Assembly: GCA_000388065.2 (NCBI GenBank)
Contig: KB932204.1
DNA: 64,000 nt
Source of the DNA: Fonticula alba ATCC 38817
Taxonomy: Eukaryota; Protista; Nucleariida
Direction: 5' to 3' (one strand)
Positions 23,168 through 35,089 of the stretch are shown here, piece after piece. Position 1 is the first letter of the stretch; each line of letters starts with the position of its first letter. The position numbers were made by a program, and so were the translations under genes. The notes beneath the pieces were generated by a model. It ran no database searches. It saw only the letters and a program-made list of their open reading frames with translations, and was not told the origin of the DNA.

Positions 23168-25152
23168 TTACTTCCGACCGAGAGACGAAAGAATTTGAGC
23201 GGCTTCGGCCCGGGTGGCGGCAATACGCCGCTGGCGCTCAACCTCATCAGGGGAGTCCGATTGGGCCGCCTGCTGTCGGGCCGCTCCCGAGCCAGCCTCC
23301 GGACCCGGGGGCCCGTCCCGGCTGGCAGGGGTGGCCGAGGAGCCCGGCCCCGAGAGGGAGGGGGCTCTCCCCATAATCGGGGCGGGCTGTTGGTTCCCCA
23401 TGGGCGACTGGCGCTCAATGGCCGTGGCCTCCGGGGGCTGGTCCCCGAGCTCATGCGCACTCAGGAACACATCCGGCCGGAGGCCCTCCGTCTCGAAGAG
23501 AATGAAGTGGTACTTAGGATTGCCGGCCAGGCCGGCTGGGCCGTAGTTGGTCGCGCCCGTGGGATCCGGGGCACCGGCGATCACGCGCCGGCGAATGTAC
23601 GGCGCGACAATTTCCCGGGCAATCTGGTCGACCAGGGAGAGGGCCGCATCGCGGTGACGCTTCGGCCGGAGTTCAGACCCATGGTCAGCATGTTCTCCCT
23701 GATCCAGGGTCGGTCCGTCGCAGGGGCATTCATCCGGCCAGCAGCGGCCACCCGTGTCGAGGGCCACGCCATCGCTACATCCGAAGAGGGCATTCCAGCC
23801 GAGAGGAAGCGGTCGCCCGGCCACTCGACATGCCAGATCCACTGCGGCACAGGTGACCACCACTGGCTCATACTTGACCAGCAGATTGGTCACCAGGGCG
23901 TCATTGCAGAAGTTCCATGCTCGTTGGATGAGGTGGTAGTCCGAATCGAGGAGGCGCTCCCGAATGGCGGGCGGCAAGCTCTTCAGGTACGGCGATAGGG
24001 AGGAGCGGCTGGAGGGCGATGCCGGTGCCGGGGCCGTCGCTTCGTCGGCTTCATCGGCTTCATCCGCGTCATTTGTCGACTCGTCGGTCCGGTGGTGCAG
24101 GTCGTGCAAGCCCAGCACATTGGCATAGATGAGCAGCGATGCATGGGGAAGCTCCACATGGAGGTGGAAGCCCAAGGCTCGAATGATGACCTTTTCCATG
24201 GTAAAGAGAATATTCTCAAGCCGAGTGTACTCCTGAGGCCCGGCCCAGGGCCAGGAGAGGTGTCAAAGTGAGGGGCGGAAAAAAAAGTCCCCCAGCCGGC
24301 AAATGGTTAATGCGCCGAGAGGAAGGGGTGGGAGAAGAGGGGAGAGGGAGAGAGAGGGAGGAAGAAAGAGGGCAAAAGCGACGCCCACCAGTGAGGACAG
24401 GCAGCCGGATGGAAGTGTGGCGCACATCACTGAAGGAGACCAGCGGCGAGTAACCCGCATCCAGGGGGAGGCTGGGTGCACTTGCGTCGCCACCCGCACT
24501 GGAGGCCAAGCCGGTGCGCATGCGATCCGATGTTGGCGTGGCGTCCAGCGGATTGTCGCCCTCCAGACGCTGGCGCTCTTTCTGCCGAGCGGTCTTCAAG
24601 TCGGCCTCGGTGGGCTGGGCAATGACCGCACGCGACTGCGGGGCGGACCCCTGCTGCGCGCGCCACGCCAGGTAGTGGTACACGAAAATGGCATCACGAT
24701 GATGGCGTGGGCGCTCGCACAGCTTGGATGCCAGGAAGACAGCCGCCAGGGCGGTCGGCCCGGCGGGGCTTCGGCTGAAGGACACCTGGTAGTAGTACCG
24801 TTGGAGGAGAACCTGCGCCGTGGAGATGACGTTCTGGGGGCTGATCCAGCGCAAAAGGTAGGTCCGGGTCAGTCGGGGAGGGAGCGGGGGGTGCAGGGAG
24901 AGGGGGGGGGGAGCGGGCGAAGAGGAGGAGGAAGAAGGAAGCGCGAACAAATGCCGCATGCACGAACAGAGTCAGAGCGATGCCAAGCTCCCAAACGAAG
25001 TCGCAGGTCCAGACGCGAAGGTCATACTCCAGTTCCGGCGAGAGGCCCTCCTTCGTGGAGGGCGAGGCGGCAAGGATGGAGTCCGGGAGGATGACATTTC
25101 CCAGGAAGAGATTGGGCGCCGGCGGGGCGCTTTGGGGCGAGCGGTCGTGCAT
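23168..25152 (-). CDS. Cyclin L-like transcriptional cyclin without an RS tail
   Basis: Exons 25152-24968, 24840-24426, 24232-23168. Motifs SPSTKEGLSPELEYDLR, LPQNVISTAQVLLQRYY, AVFLASKLCERPR, MEKVIIRALGFHLHVELPH, AWNFCNDAL. Confidence 0.88.
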
Positions 25153-25586
25153 GCGAGAGGGCGGCAAAGACAGCGGAGCGGAGGCGAGGATGACCAAGAG
25201 GCGTGGGGGTGGCAGGGAGAACAGAGCGAGGCGCCCGGTGGCACACGCGCAGCCCGCACGGCCTCTTGTATAGCGGCGCGCGCCCCCCCCCGAGCGATCG
25301 GGGGAGTGTTACGCCTGGAGGCGCATCATGTGATCGCTCGAATGGCTTCGTGGGCCCTCCACCAGTGGAGGGGGGGGGGGGAAGTACGGCATACGGGCCC
25401 AGCAATCCGTACTCTTCGGTTCCGGCCGGACTGCTGAGGGTCGGGGCTTTTTTGGCGGGCCGATCTGCCGGTAGTCCTGCCTACCAGGAGGGGACACCCC
25501 CCCCCCCCCCCCCCCCCCACCCACCACCCCCCCCTTGCCGCCCTGCTGCTCCTCCCGTGTTTCTTTCCTCACTCCAACTCCGAGGC

Positions 25587-25979
25587 ATGTCTCTCTCCGC
25601 CGACACCATGACACCGGCCGAGGCCCGGCAGTCGGTAGCCTCCTTCCTGGGTCACTTCCTGCGGGTGACGCTGACAGATCAGCGGACACTGACCGGGAAG
25701 TTTATCTGCGTCGACCACAACTGCAGCCTGGTACTGGACAACGCTGAGGAGGCCTTTGGTGGTGCGGGTTTCCTTTGTGCACATTTGGGGCTGGCCTTTT
25801 GTGGCGTGCTTCATTTTTCCATTTCTCTTTTGCCCTTCTGCCACCCCTATTTTGCGGCCCTCTTCGCCTGCCTCCTTCCTGACCCCCGGCCCCTGCCAGC
25901 TGACAAGCGGTTCATCGGGAGCGCTGTCATTGCCAAGCAATTCATCCAGTCCATCGAGGTGGATTCCATCGCGCTGTGA
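25587..25979 (+). CDS. NAA38: NatC auxiliary Sm-like subunit (NAA38/Mak31/LSMD1)
   Basis: Exons 25587-25761, 25900-25979. Sm1 LRVTLTDQRTLTGKFICVDHNCSLVL and Sm2 KRFIGSAVIAKQFIQSIEV. Confidence 0.8.
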   Translation: MSLSADTMTPAEARQSVASFLGHFLRVTLTDQRTLTGKFICVDHNCSLVLDNAEEAFGGAGFLCAHLGLAFCGVLHFSISLLPFCHPYFAALFACLLPDPRPLPADKRFIGSAVIAKQFIQSIEVDSIAL

Positions 25980-26253
25980 GGACTTCGCAGCCATGTCCCC
26001 TGTCCATCCCTGCATTCTGATACATGAGCTGATTTTTTTTTTCACATCTATGGTGCATTCTATGAGTCATGATACATGGATCGGTGGCCCCTTGATGAAG
26101 AGGGTGCGAGAAACTAGGGCAGGAGACCCGCGCCGCCGAGGCACAAATAAAAAAGTGGCGAAGCGGCAAAACGGGAGCGGGGGAGGTCGGGCGGGGGGGG
26201 GGAGTGAGAAGAATGGTAGCCCTGATGGATGGGGAGGACGACAATCCCGACTT

Positions 26254-28585
26254 TCACCGGCCACGCTTGTCTAGGTCCTTGCGCGAGACGTATTCATACT
26301 TGACGAAGAGGCCGTCCTGCTTCTTGTTGGCCTTCTTGGCCTTCTTCTTGGCCTTCCTCCGCTCGACCACCTCCGGGTCGAGAACCCGAGCCGATGGAGC
26401 AGGCGACGCAGGTCCAGCCGAGGTGTCCTCAGCAGAGCTGGGCACGGGGGCAACCGGAACGACAGGCTGCTGGGCATGGTCGCCGGGGGCCGAGGTGTTC
26501 TTGGCAGACGTTCCGGACGGATTCACAAGGCGCAGTCCGAAGCAGGAGGCCGCCTCGCGGCGGAGCTGGGCCACACCGGCACCCGTGCGCGAACTCACAA
26601 ACATAACTTCCTTAACGGCATACTTGTAGTCCGCGAGTTCCTGGCGCACAAAGACATTAGCGATGTGTGTGTGTGTGTGTGTGAGTGTGTGGATGCGCGG
26701 ATGTGTGAGCACGCTCGCAACTAGGGAAGATGGGGAGGGAAGGCCCGTCTGACCGGCGAGCGGGAGAGAGCAACATATACCTTCTCAATGGACTGGGCCA
26801 CTTGCAGGAGGTCGCGTTCCTTGACCAGATCGCACTTGGTCAGGACAACCTGGAACTTAGCGCGATTGTACTTGTAGATGGTTGGTCCAGACTCCAGGTC
26901 ATCGTCGGACAGGGCCCCGGCATCAAGCGGCGTATCGGCCAGCAGAGGGGGCCAAACATCGCCCTCCTTGGTGATGGTGGTGCCAGGCTCCGGGGGGACG
27001 GTCGGCCGAACCGGGCGCGGCGGGACCCATCCCGGTGGGGGGGTGGGGCAATTCTCGAAGCGCCGGATGAAGTCGCGATCGCTGGCCTTCAGACCGTGAC
27101 GGGCATCGGCCAACAGGAAAACCCGCGAGAGTCCAGGTCGGAAGGCGGCAAACTCCAGCATCTTCAAAAAAGGGGCCAGTGACGGGGCGGAGGGGGCAAT
27201 CCACAGGAGGAGCGGCGAGGGAGTGGAGAAGGGAGTCGGTCGGGGGGGGGGGAGGGAGGAGAGCGGGCTCTACATGAGGGGCACGCACCATCCTGCGCCA
27301 GGAGTGCACGCGGGCCGCACGGCCGAAGGCAAACCCATAGCCGGGCAGATCAACGAGGACGGCGCGATTTTCCGGCTGGTCGGCCTTGGTCGGGCCAATG
27401 CCCTCGAGGCCCTTGACACGGTAGAAGTTGAAAGTCCGCGTCTCACCCGGGCGATCGCTGACCGGGGCAAAGGTGCTGCCAGTCAGGCGGTTGAGCAGCG
27501 AGGATTTGCCGACATTGGAACGGCCTGAACGTCCGGCCCGGGAGAACCAAAGGGGAGGCGGAAAAGCGCCACCGAGAGCAGGAGAGGGGGGGGGGTGGCC
27601 CGCCAGACATCGGGGTTGTGGTTAGCGAGGCGGAGAGGACGCGGGGCAGGGTGGAGAGGGAGTAGATCAACGCACCGAGGAAAGCAATTTCCGTGCCGAC
27701 GCGGCGACGGCGCTTGTTGGGGTTCGGGGACTCGCGCTTCTGCTCATCGGAGTAGGGGAAGTCGGCCGGGTGGTTGCAGAAGACCACCTTGGAAAAGCCG
27801 GTGCGGAACATCTGACCAAATGACCAGGGGGGTCAGTTGGTGCTGAGGACGGCCCTGGGGCTGCCTGCGCAAAAAAAAAAAAAGGGGAGGGGGGGGGGAG
27901 GACAAAAGAGGGAGATGAAGGATGACACAGGGCCCCGGCAGGGGACACACACCTCCTGCAGGCTCTTGTCCTCGGGGGTCATCAGGCGATTGATGACGGA
28001 GGCAGTTTGCCCGCGCAGTTGCGCGTCATCCGGGACGGAGAAGCGTGCGACCTTCTGATTCCGGATGAGAGTCATAATTTCGCGATCAGTGCGCGAGCTT
28101 CCGCCGGAGCCAGGCCCAGCGGTGCCACTGGCAGCGGCGGCCGCCGCGGCGGCATCCTCCCGACGACGACGGGTCCGCGCCACGGCCGCAGGAATGGACA
28201 GCAGCTTGCCCTTGCGGGAGGCTGCAGCCGAAGCACCGGCGCGGCCCATTCCCGATGCCTGCTGGACGCGCTGCTGGTGCTGGAAGATCTCCTTCGAGGC
28301 GCTGGTGCGAGTTTGTCCGATACGTGCGCTAAATGAGGGCCTCGGCCGGGAGGGGGTGGACCCATCGCCGAATTGCCGGGTGATCCCGGCCTTCCGGCGA
28401 GCCGAGGAGAAGTCCCGGGTGGCGAGGGTGGCGCCAAAGGTGCCCGGCGCGAGGCCCACGCGTGGCGCCAGAAGCCCTCCGAGGCAGCGGGGGCCGGGGG
28501 CGGTGGCAAGCATGGCCGGCACCCGGGCAGCGGCCGAGGCCGTGCCAATGAGGGTCCGCGAAAGGAGGGCCGAGCGAGCAAGCAT
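26254..28585 (-). CDS. EngB/YihA-family GTPase with mitochondrial presequence (GTPBP8-like)
   Basis: Exons 28585-27953, 27811-27676, 27524-27289, 27161-26781, 26640-26254. G1 GRSNVGKS, G2 PGET, G3 DLPGYG, LADARHG, G4 LTKCD, SSRTGAG. Confidence 0.9.
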
Positions 28586-29449
28586 GGCCAGGATCCAGCG
28601 CGGGACAGATGGGGACAGGGAAGGAGGGGAAAGGGGAGAGGGGAAGGAGGGGGGGGGGGGAGAAGGGCGGGAGGAGCACAGGAGGGGCAGGTAGGCGGCT
28701 GGAGTGGGCTGGCGCATTGGCGAGCCCCCGGCCGGGCGGCCTCTTCGGGCTGGGGACTTTCGTGAGGGCGGGGGGCCGGCGATCCGGCTGCTCCAGCGCG
28801 TTGGAGATGGGGACCGCATGCGTGTGTGGCCAGGGGGCGCGCGGGGGCGAGGCCGAATAGATGCCGGCGGATGCACGATCGGCCGGAACGTGACCCGGCC
28901 GCACGCGCGTCTCCATTTCCCGCATCACGCTACCGCGCGCCCGTCCCCCCGATCGCGGACGTTGTGTGTCAAAGCCCCCCCCCCCCCGCCCGTTCCTCCG
29001 GCCAGCCGGTCGCGTCTGCTGGGTGCCGGCTCGGCCGCATTCCCCCAAGTTGCTGAGCTGAGTTTGTGGGTGTGTCCGTGAGTGTGTGCGGNNNNNNNNN
29101 NNNNNNNNNNNNNNNNNNNNNNNNNNNNNNNNNNNNNNNNNNNNNNNNNNNNNNNNNNNNNNNNNNNNNNNNNNNNNNNNNNNNNNNNNNNNNNNNNNNN
29201 NNNNNNNNNNNNNNNNNNNNNNNNNNNNNNNNNNNNNNNNNNNNNNNNNNNNNNNNNNNNNNNNNNNNNNNNNNNNNNNNNNNNNNNNNNNNNNNNNNNN
29301 NNNNNGCCTCTTTCCCCCCCTCTTCGCCACGTGCGCCTGTGCGCGCTCCCCAGGCGCCGGCACACTCCCCTCGCCTTTCACGTGTCGCCCCCCCTCCTCC
29401 CCTTGCCCTCTTTCTCCCCCGATCCACACGTAGGCCGACCCCTCCGGCC

Positions 29450-32400
29450 ATGGGTGACGGCTTTGTCGCTCCGCTGACCGGGCTCTTCCCGATGGAGCAC
29501 AGTTTCGGGCCCTTCTCCAGTGCATTGAGCGCACGGCGTCGCCCCCCGGCGGGTGACCTGCCCGCGGGTCAGATCGGGTCGCCTTCCGGAGCCGCCTCGG
29601 CGGCGACCGTGCCGGCACCCTCGGCGGAGGCCCCGCTGCCTGAGGCACCGGAGACCCCAGTGCGTCGGCCACCCGGCGGCGCCGCTGCACCGACCGTAAC
29701 CCCCGGCAGTGCGGGCGGATTGTTCCTCTCGCCCGCCGCATTGGCCGCCCTGTCGCAAGATCTGCCCCATGTGGGATCTTCGCTGGCAGCCCGGGGGACA
29801 GCTGGCTCCGGTCGAGCCGCCGGCGATTTGGATGGGCTTCTGCTTGGATCCGAGATGGCCGGCCTATCGACCATCGAGGAGCAGGCGGCGATTGTGGCCG
29901 GGCTGCGGAAGGAAAACTTCGACCTGAAGCTGCAAATATACCAGCTGGAGCTGCGCATGAGCCGCTTGGATGCAAATGGCGCGCCGACTGCCATGGCCAC
30001 CGAGCAGGGGGGTCCTACGAGCGAACAGGTGTCCCTGCTATCGGTGTGTCTTGCCTCGCCTGCTTGTGTATCATGCATCTGGCACTGCGTGTTTTTCGTT
30101 GCTCCTGTCCCTGCTTGGCACTTATCCGTGAGAACCGTCTCTTCCGTCCCCCCCTCCTGAAGGAGCAACTTGCCGCGGCCGAATCCCAGGTCCAGGAATA
30201 TGCCGAGAAGTATGACTCAATTAGTCACGGTGCGTGGCGTGTTGCCCTCGTTCCCCCCCCTCCTCCCCTCTCTTCCTTCCTTCTTCTCTCTCTCTCTCTC
30301 CCTCGGAAATCAGCGCCCTTCCTTGTGTCCATGCTCAGGGCCTTCCTTCTGTTGCCCCTCGCGATGGGTGTCCACCGCGTCTTGCACATACTCACATGCA
30401 GCCCCTCGGCCCTGTTTTGGCCTCTCCCCTCCCTTCGGCCCACAGAAATGGCCGAGCTCCGTTCGCAACTCGCCGAGAGCGAGAGCACCAACAAGTACCT
30501 TTGCCCCGTTTGCCTGCCGGCTCCCTCCGCGAAACTGCCCCTCGCCCCTCTTCCACTTTTGGCGCTCCGCTCACACCTGCTGACCTTCGCTGCTTCCTTT
30601 GAGCTCCCTCAATGCGGACCTTGCCCGTGCCCAAGCCCAAGTGGAGGCCCTCCAGCGGCGAATTTCCACGCACGATGAGCAGGTCTCCCGGCTGTCGGGG
30701 CAGGTGGACCGGGAGCAGGCTCTGCAGAGGGATTTATTGGCCCAGCTTGATCGCCGAACTGCGGCCGATGGACATCTGTCCTCGGAGCAGCTGGCCCAGG
30801 CCGAGGCCCGGGCCCTGGCGGCCGAGCGCCGGGCGCTGGATGCCCTGAGCCAGCGCGACGAGGCGCAGCGGCAAATGGCTCGTCTTCAGGCGGAGGCCAA
30901 AGCGCAGACCGATTCGGTCGGCGTGGCACGGGCTCGGCTGGCAGACATGACGGCGTCCTTTGAGCGGGAGCTGGCGGCGGCTTTTGAGCGGGGCCGAGCC
31001 ACCGCGGCCCCGGCGGCCAGTCTGCTGCACCAGGTGGACGACGAAATGCGCCGGGCCGAGGCGGTGATTGGCCGCGCGTCCGGCAGCATGGCTGGGTCAG
31101 CGGGTCCGGCGATGGGTCCTCCTGCGGCGCCTGGCGATGTCCAACTGGCCCGGGAGATGGCGCCGCTCTTGCAGGAAGCCATCACCTCGCTGCTGGTGGG
31201 CATGCGCGAGGAGGCGCTCCTGGCGGCCGGTGGGGACGCCGGGCCCCGCGGCCGGGCCGCCCTTGAGGATGCCCTCGGTGACTTGGAGGAAACCATCCGC
31301 CAGTCGCTCCCGACGGACCTCGGGTCACTGCAGGGGCTACTGGCACGGCTGCTTCGGGAGTCTCCATCGGCGGGTGGGGCCGGCGCCCGTGAGGCACGGC
31401 ATTTGCGAGCCCTCCGGCGGACGGCCGAGCGTCTGGCCGACACCGAGAGCCGGCTGCTGGACGCCGAGGAGGCTCTGATGCAGCTTCTCCGACAGGGCAC
31501 CGACCAGCAACAGTGGTATGCGCGCCTGTGTGTGGCGAATGGCAAGATTTTGTCGGCCGAGAGTGCAGCCGCGCAATTGGAAGCCCGCCTGCTTCAGGCC
31601 ACCACGCGGGCCGAGACGGCCGAAGCCTCGGCCCAGGACCTCCGCCACACGGTGGGGCAATTGGAGCGGCGCCTGGCAGCGGCCCTGGAGCGTCGGGCTC
31701 CCCCGCCGGCGAAGGTACTTTTGACAGGGGGCTTGGGTGTCCTGCTTTTGCTGTGGGCCTTTTCCGAGCGTCCTTTTGTGTGTCGGCCTCAGCATGGCCT
31801 GCCTGCTTGCCACCTCTCTCTCTCTCTCTCTCTGCCCCCTCCGCATGTACCTTGGCCTCGTCGCTCACTCTTCCCCTCGTCGCCATCCATCTGCCCCCTC
31901 TTTCGCCCTCTGTCCCGCTCTCCTCAGCCACTGATGGACCAGTTGCTGGCCGGTGAGGAGTCCGATTCGGAGGTCGATGCCCTGTCCGGCCCGGCGATGG
32001 AGCTGCTGCTTGCCGAAAACCGGGCCCTCATCTTCCGCCTGGGCCAGCGAGAGAAACTCCTCAATGAGGCTCTCGACCGGTTGGAGCTTTTAAGCCATGT
32101 CCCCCAGGCGGTCCTTCGGCAGTATGCCGGGTCCTCGCGGGGGAGCAAGATGCCCGGTTCGGGCGCCGAGAGTGGCCCAGCCCCCCTGGGCCCGGCCGGG
32201 TCGATTCCCTTGGCTGCCGTCCCGGCGGAACCCCCGGCCAGCGCCCCGGCAGCCGGGGCCACTACCTCGCCCTTTGTGCAACTGGCCCGGGAGCTGCTAC
32301 CCACCGATGGCAGGGGGCCCGGCGAGTCGGCGTCATCGACAGCATCAACAGCCGGGCCAAGTCCAAGCCCGAGCGGCGAAACGAAGCCCGCGGCCACCGA

Positions 32401-32890
32401 GGCCACCGACCGGGCACGTCGAGAGAAGGCCGTCCTGGCTGGGCTCGAGAAGCTTCGGGCCGCGCTCGAGGTTGAGCGCAGTCTGATGGAGGGGCTTCTG
32501 CCCCGGGCGGCGGCGGCACCGCCACCGCCGCCGGAGCAGATTGCCTTCTCCCCTCAGCCGACGAAGCAAGCCTTCCACTCCGCCGGCACGGAGCACCAAT
32601 ACCAGCCCCATCACTACCAGCGTCAGGATTATCATCATCATCATCATCATCCTCAGCAGCAGCAGCAGCAGCTCAATTCCAGTGTCGGGCCCTATGCAGC
32701 CGCCCCGGCCTTCGGGCCGACTGGGCCACCACCGGCACTTTCCTCGGGCGGTGCCCACGCGCACCAAGCGCCCGGACACGGGCCACCATTCTCTCACCTC
32801 CCACAGCAGTTGCCCTACCAGCCGCAGGCATACCATGCGCAGCAGCCCTTCGTCGCCGGGTCGGCGAGAGGCCAATACCATCCCCACTGA
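29450..32890 (+). CDS. Centrosomin N-terminal motif 1 (CM1) coiled-coil protein (Mto1/CDK5RAP2-like)
   Basis: Exons about 29450-30028, 30163-30229, 30447-30494, 30604-31714, 31928-32890. CM1-like STIEEQAAIVAGLRKENFDLKLQIYQLE; long coiled coils; Q/H/P-rich tail. Confidence 0.8.
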
Positions 32891-33152
32891 GGGAGGGCCT
32901 GTATGGCGCCTTCCCCACAATACACCAAATGCCAACGGTGGTACTTCCGTCGTCAATTGCCTGAGTGCCCATTCACAATGTCCCCGTGACATGGAATGCT
33001 GTTCTCTCGGAGAAGGTGCCCCTATGAGACTGACCGTCGCGAGTGCCGCTGCGCTCGGCCCGGCGCCGCCGGCAACAACCCCCCTGTTTGTGTGTGTGTG
33101 TGCATTTCGTCCACACCTCTCCCTCCTCTTTCCTCCTTTCTCCCTCTTCATC

Positions 33153-33927
33153 ATGGTTAGTCTTCCCCTTTGCGCTCGTTCTCGTTCTGCCCCCCGCTCC
33201 CCACCTCTTTCTCTTTCTCTCTCTCTCTCTCTCCCCCCTCGGCCTCGAGGGTGATTGTTTCCTCTCGCTCGTTTCGCCTTCATCTGTCCCCTTTCCTCCT
33301 TTTGTGCTGCCTGTGACTGCCTCTTTGTGTCGTCCTGTGCTGTGTGTGTGTCTGTCTGTCTGTCTGCAGCTTTGGCTCTCCGCTTTGAGCCCCTCTCCTC
33401 TCCACCTTCTCCCCTGCTTTTTTCTGCTCCCTCCCCCTTGGCATGGACTGGTCCTCCTTGTTGCCTTTGCTCCCGGCCTTGCCCCGAGCTCGTCTCTGAC
33501 TCCCTCTCCCGCCGAATGTCTCCTCTCCCCAGGGTGCCGGCTCTCAGTTCCCCTACCCCAAGTGGGTCTGGTCGCCGTCTGGTGGCTGGTGGACCCATCA
33601 GCCGCACTGGGTGCGCAACACCGCCATCGTCTATGGTCTGGCAGCGGTCTTCATCATCTACCCCTGCTACCGCTTCTCCAAGAACAACGAGGTTCGCTAC
33701 AACCAGCGCGAGCTGCCGGTGCGTGTGCTCTCCTCCAACATCTCTGCCTCTCTCTCCTCTGCCCCCCTTTCCCGCCTTTTGTCCTCGAGTATTCCCGCAC
33801 ACCTTTTGCCTTTGGGTTCTGCAATCCACTGACTCCGGCCCTGGCCTATTCACCTCCCTCCCCACACTTGGCCTTCCCCCCGTCCCCATCGGCTTTCGGT
33901 CTACAGAAGCCCTACGTTGTCGAGTAG
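33153..33927 (+). CDS. Small single-TM protein, fungal-type complex I accessory subunit (NUUM-like), about 69 aa
   Basis: ATG-only exon 33153-33155, exon 33533-33718, exon 33907-33927: MGAGSQFPYPKWVWSPSGGWWTHQPHWVRNTAIVYGLAAVFIIY..ELPKPYVVE. The YPKxVWSPxGGWW..NTAI signature is recalled from fungal complex I subunits. Confidence 0.7.
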
Positions 33928-34312
33928 ACACACCCTTCTTGATCGGTGTGCGGCCCACTCCTTCGGTGCACTGACAAGCGCCCCGTGTGTGGCGGGTCCC
34001 AGTGTGAGGCCCCTTGCCGATGGCATGTGCGCACCCTCTCCCTCCCCCCCCCCCTCTCTCTTCATATACACATATACGCGCGACATCTCCACTTCGCGAG
34101 AGCATAATACACCCCTTTTGGCTCCGGGGTCCTCAGCTTGCTTGTGCATGGGCGCGCGCTTCTGCGCATGCCAATCCCCTCTCTCTTGCCCATCTCCCCG
34201 CCCCTCCTCCGACTCCGCTCCCGTGAGGGAGGGAGGAGGGGGATCAGGCGTGCAGCTGGCCCAGGGGAGGGGGGGGTGGATTTCAATTATTGTATTGGGG
34301 TTCTCTCTACCT

Positions 34313-35089
34313 TCAGGGCGGTGTCAGCAGAGTGGGGTCGTGGCGCATGAGCTGCGATTGGAAGGTCGAGGGAGGTGGCGCGGGGGTCAGTCAGTGATCC
34401 GTGGTGGGGGATGTCGGCTAAGAGGAGCAAGGGGGCCGGGAGACACACCTTCCAGGAGTAGAGCCAGTAATGGTACTGCAGGCCATGTGTGGCCTGAACG
34501 ATGTCCGTCGAATGGACCAGCTGGTAGCGGAAGGTTGGGCACTGGAGGAGCTCCAAGAAGTAGAGGGCATGGGGGTAGCTGTGGGAGGCCGGTCAGGGAG
34601 GAGCCTCGGTCGCAGGGAGGGACGGAGCGAAGAGGGGGGGGGGGGGGAGCAGGGATGCATCAGGACGGGGATGCCGGCCCCGAACGTACGAAATATACTT
34701 GGCATATTGCGGCTGCTTCCAGTACATCAGGTACCGGAGATACCGAACAAAGGCCGGGTCGGTGAGGCAGCGCCGGTCATGGGCCAGAACTTGAAGCGCG
34801 AGCGGGGCCGATGGTGTTGGTTAGAGTCCAAGCGAGGCGGGGAGGGAGAGGGGGAAAGGTCGAAGCAACAGGGAGAAGGTGCCCAGGGGTATGTACAGAT
34901 GAGATACTGCGGATTGGCCAGGCACTGGACAAACTCCAGCTCCACCTGGAAACGCCGGGTTTCTGGGCAGAGGGCCGGCACCTCGACGTCGGTGGGCCCG
35001 CCCCCGGGCTCCGGGCCCCCGGCACCTGAAGGTGGGCCTTCCGATAGGGTAGTGTCCGAGGAGGGGGTCTGCGCAATGGCGGCCTGCAT
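34313..35089 (-). CDS. MED31: Mediator subunit 31 (SOH1)
   Basis: Exons 35089-34897, 34789-34690, 34578-34449, 34351-34313. RFQVELEFVQCLANPQYL, FVRYLRYLMYWKQPQYAKYISYPHALYFLELLQ. Confidence 0.95.

Noticed and set aside
23168-25152. Cyclin L lacking an RS domain
   Set aside because: RS-less cyclin L homologues are known in fungi, so this is not novel.
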